Positions 27,791-39,642 of a stretch of DNA of 64,000 nucleotides are shown here, in pieces (positions within the stretch are counted from its first letter, which is position 1; each line of letters opens with the position of its first letter). This DNA comes from Perna viridis (taxonomy: Eukaryota). The stretch is from positions 23,932,001 through 23,996,000 of the forward strand of contig CM074518.1 of NCBI GenBank assembly GCA_037379345.1, read 5' to 3'. Made by a program: the position numbers and the translations under genes. Below the pieces are notes generated by a model, which ran no database searches, had not been told where the DNA came from, and was given only the letters and a program-made list of their open reading frames with translations.

Positions 27791-30411
27791 AACAACGCTT
27801 TCACGATGATCTGGGTACCCGGGAGCGTTTGTTTACCGTTCGTATAAACTCACGATATGAGCGTTTGTTTGTCGTGTGTTTGGTGAGCGTTTAGCGTGCA
27901 TTTAGGTATCGTGCGTGCGGGAAACCTCACGTAGTGTATTCTTGCACATGAGGTTGAATGGTTTGTTTGAATTCGACGTTTATTTTTTTTTTTCTGTTGG
28001 TAAACTAAGTTTTAATAAAGTGGTAGTTGTAACCATTAATTTTTAGATCAGATGAGGTGACAACAGCCAGTCTATATATAATGAATGATTTGATTTTCAT
28101 TTGCAGTTTTATTCAAAGAACAATTTAATTGACTTATTACATTGAAAGAGGATATTTGTATGTGTGACATTATGATGTAACTCAACTATTTATAAATTAG
28201 GTCGCACTATCATGTGAACTAAAGTTTTGTTAAAAATAAAACCAAAAAGAAAAAGGAAATGTATTTCCTCCTCATTTGTAACCATTTTGTATGTAGGAAA
28301 TTGTTCATACCTTTGTCAAAGTATCGAACTATTTTTTTTTATAAGGAAACAAATTATTAAATGAAATAATTGAAATGACTTACATCATTACCACATCAAG
28401 ATAAGTACTATTCTATATTTTAATCCTACCGATGCACCTGGTCCATACTCACACTTTTAAGTGTAGTCCGAGTTGCTTATTTACTTTCCGCTAGAATCTT
28501 AGTTCCCTTGATTACTCTTTCCATATAAAATCAAAAATACTACGTAATTTATATTTTGTTTCTTTATTTTCATTGTAACAAAGGACTCAGACCTGTTTGA
28601 TCTTTAGGTGTGTTGAATTGTGTAATATGTATTTTCTACTATTGCTAGATTTTAAAGGAAAAGGGTTGTGATCACACCTTTACCGCTATTTCTAAAGTCA
28701 GTAATTTCTGGCCTCTGTATATCTTATTTTGTTTTCACCTTTAGTTTATTTTCATGTTTCTTGAATTTATAGGACAACTCTTACTGTGTACCTGTGTATA
28801 AGGATGTTTTAGTGCTTGCTGCAGCCTGACCTGTGGTATGAAGGTATCCTCGTCCTGAATTAAAGACCAATGGCTAGTCTTTTTCTGACAATTTTCCTTC
28901 CAAGGGTGGGGGGGGGGGTTGCTGTCGCTTTGACATATACATTATACCTATTCTCGTACGTAATATTATATTATTGAGGTTCTAGATTTCAAATTTGGCA
29001 CAACTACAAATTTGATTTAAATAACTTTCTGATGACTCGATTAAAACTTACTTTTATGAAAAACCAACTATTTAAAAACATGAAATAGACTCAAATGATT
29101 TGAATTAAATCTGTGTTATTTTCATATTGTCATATTTTATTTATGGTCATGTCTTCGCCCATGTTATAAAAATATATATCGACGTAAACTCATCTTTATA
29201 CATTCCTATGAATACATAGTAGATTGTTTGATATAAATGCCTTGATTGACATTACTGGCGAGGAATCTATTAATATACATTGTACATGATCGCAATTATT
29301 TTCCATTTTAAAATTTTGCATGAAAATGTTCATTTAAAATATGTTTGAAAAAAAATTAAAATACCAATTTTAGTCTATAACATGACCATCGATAGTAACA
29401 GTTGTGGTTGAAAGAGTCGCAATGCAAGGAGTGAATAGCATGGAATAGGAAGCATGTATATGCTCCTATCTATATTTTGTTTATTTGTTTGCATATATAT
29501 TTAGTTGTGTTCTGTCAGTTGTTGTGGTGTTTGCATATCTTTTTTGTCTTGTAGCAGCAACCATGTTCCTTGGCGAAACATACTTCTTTGATGACAATTT
29601 GTATGTCATTGTTTTTGTTAGTCCATGTTTATCTTGGTTCCCTTGTTTTCACATTAATGAACTTATCTTATTTGATTGCATATGTCAAAGTTTGATTTAG
29701 AACCGTTCGATCTCAAACCATTCCATGTGGAACTAACCATAAGTCTTAATTGGGATCACAATGCCATTTCACCTTCAGGAATATCGTATACCTTTGTAAT
29801 CTTAATTTACTTAAATGTACACCATTACCTCTTTGTCAATTCATTTTAATTTTAGAAAAATTGTATTTAGTTTTCGATTTTGACATAAGATACCTTGTAA
29901 TAAAATGGAATAGGACCAGAGTGTTTGTCGATTTTTTTTCAGATTAATTAAAAAATAGTACTTATGATTGAATATTTTAGATAGACAATCTAATAATGAG
30001 GGGAATCCGATCCTGGAATCCTGAATTCATGGACGCGAATTCCCGTATTTCGAATTGAAAATAAACAAATTCCCATTTTATGGGTACCCTTCGTAATGGT
30101 AAAATTTAAAAGTGAAGCAAACATAGAATAGAACTAAACCATACAGGTTTCATATTGCTATTAGGTTCATCTGTAAAGACAAAGAATACAGTTAGAGAGC
30201 GTAATCAAGGGAACCAAAATTCTAGTGGAAATCAAAATATTGGGATCCAGGACAAAAGACCTTACAGAGAAAACAGACATACAAACGAAAGACCATAAAA
30301 TGACCAAACATAATATGTACAAAGCAAAAATGGTAAATTTGCAACTCCCGATCCAACAAAAACTTACCGTTAAAGTTAGCGTCCTCTGCTTTTATACAAC
30401 AAAAACAAATA

Positions 30412-32170
30412 TTGTATATTTATTTATTTATATTTATTTAGACAGGTCAAGCACATATAATACAAACATAAAATACAGTATAGATATACACATAGACATA
30501 AACGTATACAGACCAAGACATTACATGAAAAAATAGCATTGATATGAAACCTTGAAACTTGTCAAGGATAGCCCATGAAGCCATATCTATAAAAAAGGCT
30601 GATTTCCCATGGGGTCCTTAAAAAGAAAAGAATACATGAAAAACACTTGAATCTACACACGAAGCATTTCACATTTCCTAAAATATTAACAGTTTATGTA
30701 AATACATTTTTTTATATAAAAAGTGACATTTTGTAGTTAAAAATAAATTAATTCATTTTCTTTTCTCATTTTGGTTCTTCCTTTCTAACAAGTTTAACTT
30801 CAGTTTTGAAAGAATTTGGGTTTGTTGTATTTTTAACAGTAAGTGGTAATTTGAACTTTAACAAGTAGGCTTCTGGAACAGGGTTCATATCACAACTCAT
30901 ACGTTATGCCAGAGCTTGCCGAAACTACGCAGACGTTTTGTATCGCGCTAGAACTCTAACAAATAGGCTTCTGGAACAGAGTTATGTTGCTACAAGATTG
31001 AAGTCATCACTACAGAAGTTTTATGGTCGTCATCATGAACTCGTGGATCGTAATGGTGTATCCATCAACACCATGAAAACTGATTTATTGAACGGGTCAT
31101 AGTTTTCCTTACCTCGTTTGTCTACCCCCGGACTTGACTTTTTATGAGCAACTCGGCAGGTGTTTCTAGAAAAGCAGAGAACGCTTACCCTACCGGTGCA
31201 TCTGGTCCATGCTCCCAGTTTTTAGTGGAGTCCGAGTTTCTCATTTTCTTTTGTTACTTTGTATATATGATTTTAGTTACTTTATGTTCTATGTTGTGTA
31301 TGTCTGTTTTCCATGTCTGGTCTTTGTCCCTTACATTCTTTTGATTACCGCTATAACCTTGGCTCCCTTGATTACTCTTTTGTATTAGTAGAACATGAAG
31401 AGCTATAACAAAATAACCGAACTGGTAAATTTATCAAGGTAAACCGAAAACAGATTATACAAATGGGATGTCAGTTTTTTCAAATGTCAAAAAGAAGGTT
31501 AAAAAACTTAATGGTAATTTGTTCCAAGCATGATATATGAAACTGTCTTTACTACATAACTTACAATTAGGTATACTATAATTTAAACTTGAAGCACCCC
31601 TTGTATTTCCTTGATTCATTTTGAAATTTTCACACAAATATTAAGTTGCAGTACAATGGTAGATGTTAAAAACAAGATCTAATTCTAAGTTGGTTCACTG
31701 TATCTGGCACCGAAAGCAAATTGACACTGTTATTTTGTTTTCTTCAAACTTTACGCTTGTTTTGGTCCAGGCCGTTAATAAACCTAAAAACTTTGTTTTG
31801 CAAGATTTGTTGCAAATCTTGGGCAATCCCACCCCTAAACTACTGTACCAAGGGGCACATGAATAGTCAAAATAGCATTGTATCAAAGAAGTTGGCAGTG
31901 TTATTCTATATCTATTTATTCTATATCTGGAATCAAGACATTTAGCATTCTTATATAACATTTCAATCTTCCATTGACTTTAGAAAAAATATTTGACACT
32001 AATGTTTCAAAGTTCAAATTATTATCAATATAAACTCCGATATATTTGACAATATCTGTAGTTTTAATTATATGATCATTACATTTAACAGAGAAAATTG
32101 TGATTTGTTTGATTTTTTTCTTTTGGGGCCAATTACCATACATTCGCTTTTACCTAAATGCAATGCTAAT
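30412..32170 (-). mobile_element. Degenerate CR1/L2-group LINE 3' part (paralogues ~47118-48190 and ~63172-63589), split by a Naiad insertion
   Basis: KY(I/L)GVYID.NLNFE.LVSNI.SKVNGRLK and TSLIQCYFDYSCAPWYS; (aaat)n-like 3' end near 30420. Confidence 0.7.
30854..31511 (+). mobile_element. Naiad 3' fragment plus about 130 bp of captured flank, bounded by a 10-bp TSD
   Basis: TSD tggtaatttg at 30844-30853 and 31512-31521; a single copy at the empty site 47547-47556; the same 5' junction occurs at 63590. Confidence 0.9.
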
Positions 32171-33104
32171 TTATGATCAATCACCCAGTCTGAACACTGC
32201 TCTAACACACTTCCTAATGTGTTTGATATTACATTTGGATCTATATGTTAATATTATTTTATTAAAGTGTCACCATCGTTTACATTACATATTACATATC
32301 AATAAATGAGCATAGTTATCGTAAAATATGCCAGCCGATAACAGGCGATAACGGCTTATGAGACACTACGAATCTAACAAACCACAGTAAGCAAGATGAA
32401 AAAAAACCAAATTATTGTCTTATGTTTGTATATACAAATAATCGATGTTTGTTTGAAAGTGGTGAGTAAACAGTACAGTCATGTAAGTTTTAATCTAATT
32501 TCTTTAAAATACAGTTATCAATGGCCAACATCTACATGACATAATTCCACTAGGCTATTTCTGTGTAGTGGGTTTCATCCTCATCTGCGTTTGCTACGTC
32601 CTTTAAATGATAAATAAAATGAGGGGCTTAAAATCTAACATGAATGGGCTGTACTGTACATTTTAGTATGACCTTCCTTTGATGATATTATAATTAAAGT
32701 ATTACCGACATCCTAGGCGGAAGAATTTTATGATATATGCATAGTACAGACAAAATCAAAGTATTACTAATTACTAGCTTCCAAAACTTGATATTGGTTT
32801 ATATTGTGTGATAGGCAATATACATTTGAGTCCTTTTCAGTTCCTTGTTTAAAGCCACTTTAACTGTAAAGAAAGAACTGACTAGTTGAACATGTACGTG
32901 ATCCCTTGCAAAATGGAAGATCCAATGTTATTTTTTTAAGAGGTTATTGGTTTTTTACTTTAATTGATGCCAGAAATTACACAAATAATAACTAATACAG
33001 CATAACAATTTGCTTTCGTAATTATTCCCAGAGGTTTTTTAAATTATCATTATATTTTAACACAGTAAATACATTTCATTTATTGATACTCGAAACGTTG
33101 TTGT

Positions 33105-33520
33105 TGTATTGCGCTAGACTTCTTCTGGAACGGGGTCATGTTGCTAGAAGATCAAAGGATTGAAGTCATCACAACAGAAGTTTTATGATCGCCATCATGA
33201 ACTCGTGGATCGTTTCGAGGTATCCATCTGCACCTTGAAAACTGATTTTTCATCGTGTTATAGTTTTCCTTTCCTCTTTTGTCTACCCTGGAGTTCACTT
33301 TTTATGAGCAACTCGGCGGGAGTTTCTAGAAAAGCAGAGGACGCTTACCCTACCGGTACACCTGGTCCATGCTCCAAGTTTTAGTGGCGTCCGAGTTGCT
33401 CATTTGCATTTGTCACTTTGTATGTATTATTTTAGTTGCTTAATGTTCTTTGTTGTTCTTTGTTGTGTATGTCTGTTATCCATGTTTGGTCTTTGTCCCT
33501 GGATTGCTTACTTTTGATTT
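33105..33520 (+). mobile_element. Older Naiad 3' fragment (paralogue ~49985-50400)
   Basis: KSSQQKFYDRHHELVDRF plus the 3' UTR hairpin; present at the equivalent position in two units. Confidence 0.85.
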
Positions 33521-33652
33521 NNNNNNNNNNNNNNNNNNNNNNNNNNNNNNNNNNNNNNNNNNNNNNNNNNNNNNNNNNNNNNNNNNNNNNNNNNNNNNNN
33601 NNNNNNNNNNNNNNNNNNNNNNNNNNNNNNNNNNNNNNNNNNNNNNNNNNNN
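33521..33652. other. Assembly gap (132 N)
   Basis: Run of N; the paralogous site ~50393-50443 holds about 50 bp including a (TA)n tract. Confidence 1.
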
Positions 33653-34564
33653 CGTTGGGAATCGCTCAGACCTTTCTATATATAGATATTTCTATTTTTG
33701 AATATTTCTTTTGAAATAACGCCTTTGTGAATAAAGATGCAGTGCTAAATGTGTGACTAATCTGAATGTAAAAAAATTGCTCATCTATTTGTAACATTTG
33801 TAACAAATGTATATTTTTTTCTGTTCCGGTTGTAATTTTTTGGAAAATTTTCAGTATTAAGACGACTAGCATTTATGGAAATAACCATGGCAATATCTAC
33901 TGGTATTTCCTCACCATCTATATTGAAAAAAAAACTGTCCACACAAATATATGAATATAATTATTTAATTTGTTCATGAGCAAGGACATATGGGACCAGG
34001 GAAGATAAAGGCTTCTTCGCTGAAGAAGTAGGATGCAAAAAAGAAAATGCAAGTATAGTCTAACTTTGATAGATTACGTAATGCTAAGCTATAAATATCC
34101 CAATATATACTTATTCAATTGTTTGAAACCGCATACTGGTTTACTTTTTATTCTTGTCCCATTATAAAATCAATGAAGCCCAGTCTAAGTTGTACTTTGT
34201 ATGAATGAAAGCATGGTCAATTGATGCAAAATGTAACATATTTAACATCAACGTTACAAGGTTCTTATTGAAAATTAGCCATCACCTTTAGCCATTAGTG
34301 ACATATAGCAATGCGATGTTGAAGTGTTAAATTCTGCTGATCTATTCTGAAGGCAAATTTCAATGATTATTTTTATTAGTAGAACATGAAGGGCTATAAC
34401 GAAATAACCGAACTGAAAAACTTATCAAGGTAAACCGAAAAAAGATTATACAAATGGAATGTCCGTTTTCCAAATGACAAAAATTAGGCTAAAAATCTGA
34501 ACTTTTGAAACATCCGCACTTGCCCTGATGCAAATAGTCGGTTTAGCTAGGTAAGATATTTTTT

Positions 34565-34771
34565 TTAACGTAAAAGGGTGGGTATTTCATCATATCCTTT
34601 CAGCACTGAAACACATTTTCTAAATAAAAGACACATATCTTTCAATTAGGCAATCGTTCATCTGCTATATATGTATTAGTTGAAATCCCTACTTTTATTA
34701 CCTGTCTAACGTAACAATATGTGTATTGGTAAAGTACAATATACGATGAGAGTTGGCCGATTTGTAATGAG
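34565..34771 (-). CDS. Candidate cytoplasmic exons of gene 2 (34702-34771 and 34565-34619) ending ...KGYDEIPTLLR*
   Basis: Phase 1/2 exon AHYKSANSHRILYFTNTHIVTLD, 82-nt gtaata..tttag intron, then RKCVSVLKGYDEIPTLLR*. The first acceptor is weak. Confidence 0.4.
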
Positions 34772-34799
34772 CTTACGACATTTAAATAAGCGAAATTAT

Positions 34800-37348
34800 A
34801 TTAAGTACGTATGGTGGGGACATTAAGTTAGCATTATTACTGATGATTTCAATGTGGTTTCTTACAGATCTAACAATTTTAGTCCTGCAAAAAATATTTT
34901 TTTTTCGAAAAACTATGCCTACAGTATTTTACCACGAAAATGCATGTGATAATGTACATCCAACCAGTTCATATTCAAACTGCATATATGTCATACAAAT
35001 AGCATTTCTACTTGTCGTTATAGAAGTTTTACTTATAATGTCCGTATTGAAAGAAATCCTGGTCCATCAAATTATTATGCAAGGTTGTTATCCTAAACTG
35101 ACTCATATTCTGCATCTTTTGAATTCTCCTCGACCAGTTACGCTACCATTTTCCTGTCACTGGTTTTATCAAATGCCAATTTAAAAAAAAATTAAGCGCA
35201 AAATTTGGCTATATGATCGAGGAGATTTTGATAGATAACGAAACATATTAGCAGAAACTAATTGAGGTAATATTTTTATTCAAATGATATTGACAACATT
35301 GTTTAAGGTTTTTCTTCCACTATTCTGCACCCCACAAAAATACTATCCCAAACAGGATAGTTACAATTTGAAAGTCTGATCTACCGTGGTTGAGTAATGA
35401 TATTAAACAAAACTGTCTAGAAAGAAAAAAAGCTTTTACTCAAAAGCTAAGTGCTCTGGAAGCCGGACTGATTGAAATAAATATCCCATCATTACTGGTT
35501 GATGATAGATTGACGAGAAATGACCGCGACAATGCAAATCACTTTAAAATTACTTTGCCCTACAATCAACTTTACATACGAAAGATGCTAAACTCCCCCC
35601 TCGTATTGGTTCTGAAGAGCAACTCAGTGAAAATCCTCAATGACAGTGAGATAGAAGATGTGCTAAAAATCTTGGATACAAATAAAGCATTAGGTCCTGA
35701 TCTGATAAACCTCCGCTTGTTAGAAGAAGCAGTTTCCGTGTTAAGGTTTCCATCATGGACATTTTTGAACTTGTCACTCTCATTTTCTGTCTTCTCAAGT
35801 GAATGGGCGAAAGCAAAAATAACGCCTATTTTAAAAAAATAATACCCCCATGAAGTGAAAAAATATCAAACAATTTCATTATTATGTATTCTTTCAAAAT
35901 GCTTCGGAAGATATGTTTATAAACACGTCCACAATTTTGTGTTTGAAAACAAGATTATCACTCCAAGTCTGTCTGGGTTTTACGAAAGTTGATTCAACGG
36001 TAAATCAATTAGTTAGATTTTTACTGATATTGGTTGAGCTCTTGCTAGTGGGAAAGAAATAAGAAACGTATTTTGTGATATAAGTAAAGCATTCGACCGA
36101 GTTTTCCATGCTGGACTCTTATCTAAACTGGAAAATTACGAAATTACGGGAATGCTGCTCCACTAGTTTATTTATTTTTTTTTTTTTTGCTGGGGAGGGT
36201 TCAAAGGGTTGTCATATATGGAAGTAACTCAGATTGGAGAGCAATTATTGTTTATCAACGATATATTATCTGACATTGGTGCGTCGATCAAGCTCTTCGC
36301 AAATGAGACTAGTATATACGTTATTTAAGATATCCCGGGAAATGCTGCGAGAATCGTGAACTGTGCAAATATACACCGTTGGTCATGTCAGTGGCTAATA
36401 CAATTTAATCCACAAAAATGAATCAATGATCTTCTCACGTTAGTCAGTAAAACCATTTCACCCACCTTTGATGATGAATGACCGGGGTCTTCATGAAGTT
36501 AAACATCTTGGTATCATTTTTTTTTCAAATAATGGTTCTTGGCATGACCACATTGATTACATAGCAAAAAAGGCTTATACAAAAAACGTAGTAGGATTGA
36601 TGTTTTACGAAAGATGCGTTTCATTCTTGATAGAATCATCTTAGAAATAGTATATTTTTCTTTCATTCGGCCAATTTAGAATATGGTGATATTATTTGGG
36701 ACAACACGACAATGTCCTTAGTTAACAAGCTAGAAAATGTTCAGATAGAAGCTATGCAAATTGTGACGGGAGGGACCAAATTAACATCTATCAATAAACT
36801 ATATGACGAAACAGGATGGGAAAAAATGTTGGACAGAAGGGAAAACATAGACTCATATTATTATATCAGATTATCAACAAGGAACCTCCAGAGTATTTGC
36901 AATCTTAAATTCCAAACTCGGTTGATTCCTTGCATGGACAATATGCTAGACAATCACAAAATATTTTAGAACTATGCACGACAATTGACTTCTACTCTGA
37001 ATACTTTCTGCCAACAACAGTTACTGTAAATCTATTGCTGTATAGCTCAAATATTCTAAATGCCGAACAAAATGTAGAAGTTTTTTCCCAAAAGTTCAAA
37101 AGTTATCTCGTCACTAATTTTCCATTTGTGTTTTTCTATTCGTTTGTCTTATTTACAAGTCAGTTGAGAAAATCATTCCACATGCATCTTATTTATAAAA
37201 AAAATATTCTTCTTAGTTTACTTTTAAGGACACGGACCTTTGTACAAGCTATTTTGCTTTTTCCGAATCCTACCATGACTTTGTATGTAAATGTGTATAC
37301 TGTTTTTGCTTGTGCTTATATACTTAAATAAATATGTTTCAACTAAAT
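34800..37348 (+). mobile_element. Degenerate CR1-type LINE, antisense to gene 2 and downstream of its TM exon
   Basis: KALGPDLI, WAKAKITPILK, VFCDISKAFDRVFHAGLLSKL, FINDI..IKLFA and FIRP/EYGDIIWDN; 3' end aaataaatatgtttcaactaaa; many stops. Confidence 0.85.
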
Positions 37349-37903
37349 CCCCGGTTATTTTGTCAGCAGAGATATCATAATTACCTGCAGCTCGACTGTA
37401 ACATTGCTATTTTCTTGTATAGTTGACCTGTTACCATTTACACACATTGAGTTTCTGCAACGTTCTTCACTCACGAAAAATACAAGATATTCTTATTTTT
37501 GTAATTCAAATGAGTTACATCGTTTTACATAGTTAAAATCCAAAACTAAATGTTTACTTATCATAAATTGGATTGCACATTTTCTTTAGCAGTTATATTT
37601 AAAGTCGACGTAATAGCTATGTCAGTCCTTTGGAATTACGGAGATTTTAATTTTCTTTATTCAATCTAGCATTATTTATAAAATCTTTAGTTTGAACCAT
37701 TTTATTTTAGATATTTTCTATTTTTCACGTGTCAGCCCTACTCGTCTATTGCATGTGTTAGTTTGAGACTTTAGGGCATTTATAAAAATACAGGATTTTC
37801 CAATTCTTGAAAATAAAGATTGCTTTTGTGAGATTTCTTACGATGATACTTCACTTTAAACATCAATTCTACAATGTAAAACGTATTTTAATTAATATTT
37901 CAC

Positions 37904-38041
37904 CAGCCGTCCAACAGGACACCAGTAGAACAAGTATTATCGTTAAAATCACCACACCAGAGCATATAATAAGACAAAGATGGAATGTATCTAGACGTAA
38001 ATGTTCCGTGGCAGTTTCCATTGAAGATGTGTCACTGGTGC
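37904..38041 (-). CDS. Ig-receptor gene 2, stalk/transmembrane exon (type B)
   Basis: ttttag acceptor, gtgaaa donor, 138 nt, phase 1/1. Reads GTSDTSSMETATEHLRLDTFH-LCLIICSGVVILTIILVLLVSCWTA. Confidence 0.8.
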
Positions 38042-38991
38042 CTAAAATGTAAATAATATGATTTTATTTCAAAGTGAAGAATTTTGTCAATGATAATCCT
38101 TTACATGGGTTAAAAAATTAATTTCATGTTTCCGTTATCAAGTTATACATTCAAAGAATCTGATTTTTGAAATTCAAGAAGGTTATCTGTGAATATTACG
38201 ATTTCTCATCAATTTGTTCCAGACATATTTGTAAATGTTCACAATTGTTTTCATTTGGAATATAAAAGAGTACATTTACTATGCCACTATTTTTTTTAAA
38301 ACTTACATTTTAACGAAGTTTTATTGAGTCGACATTTTAAGTTGCATTTAAAGATAAATAATTTCAGAGAAATTACTAAATGGACTGATTTATTTTCTAA
38401 GTAACAGTTGCATAGTTAAATTTTACTTGATATATAACAAGATTTATTTTAGTGTCTTTTCAATAACTACATATGACATTTACACTTTCTTATTCAAATA
38501 GTGTTATTATATCTTTATTGTTTTTTTATTACCTGTATTATCTGTAAAAAAACTCTATTTACATAAATGCTGTTATTGGTCAAATGCATCCAAAACGCGC
38601 TTTAAAAAAAAGGAAATAAAACCTGCAAAAAATGCAGTAAATGCTTACGTTTCCCTTATCTTCCAAATAAACTAAACATTCTTGCCTATTTAATTTGTCA
38701 TTCTCAACCCATATGCATGAATAATAATCCACGGCTTTTGTAGTCATATTTTAAATGACTAAGTCGAAAAAACAGCCATTAGACCTTTCTTCAACTAGAA
38801 ATGTCTCACTAAAATCATCCGAAACATAGTAATTTTCTGCAATTACATCTGTGAATTTTAAAGATATCAAGATCATTTGACTGCCATTATGATATGGATA
38901 TTTCAACACATGTTTGCTGTGAATATGTGCACGTCCATGTTTCACAATGGCAATACAGAAAACCCTGAAATATAAAAGTTCCTTTATTTAC

Positions 38992-39045
38992 CTCTGGTAC
39001 TTTGATCCGTGGTTTCATTGACTGTCTGTGTACAGTTGATTTCAT
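38992..39045 (-). CDS. Ig-receptor gene 2, stalk exon
   Basis: 54 nt, phase 1/1; reads DEINCTQTVNETTDQSTR. Confidence 0.8.
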
Positions 39046-39363
39046 CTGTTAAATATAACAGTAAGGAGGTTATTTTCAAAAGAAAGTTAAGTAAATGTAT
39101 ATGAAAATTAAAGACTTGAAATTGTGAGTCCAACATTAAGTACGCAGATACAGTTTAAAAACAATTATCATTTTGGCTACAGAGTGGGCGGTTCAGAAAG
39201 GGGGTTCTAGGCCAACATTCGCCCAAATTAAAAAAAAAATGAAACCAAAAAAGAGTCCAATTACCGGATCATGTCCTATATATCCGCAAAGGGAGTCTAG
39301 TTATTGAATATTTGCCACGCATGACAAGAGAAATTAAATGTGTATACCAGTAAATATATTGAC

Positions 39364-39642
39364 CTTTCATCGTTACGTTAAATATCTGTAATGTTGATGA
39401 ATTATCCAAGCAGGTATAGACTCCTATGTCGTCTTGGCTCATATTTGTAAACTTCAAATCATACACTCCAATGCTGCTATTAACAATAACATCCAAACCT
39501 TGTCTATTGTTAGGACCGTGATTTCTATTTATAAATATGTAGTTATTGCCTTTAATCCACTTGAATGTTGTATTGAAATCTTCAATAGTGCAACTTAGAA
39601 CCAACTGTTCCCCTGGACAGAATTCTCTCTTTAATACGTCAC
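39364..39642 (-). CDS. Ig-receptor gene 2, Ig domain exon
   Basis: 279 nt, phase 1/1, splice sites intact; GDVLKREFCPGEQLVLSCTIEDFNTTFKWIK...DDIGVYTC...FNVTMK. Confidence 0.92.

Noticed and set aside
38751-38945. ORF shared with 54371-54556 as an extra stalk exon
   Set aside because: The only plausible donor gives phase 2 and is absent in unit 3; the similarity is explained by the duplication.
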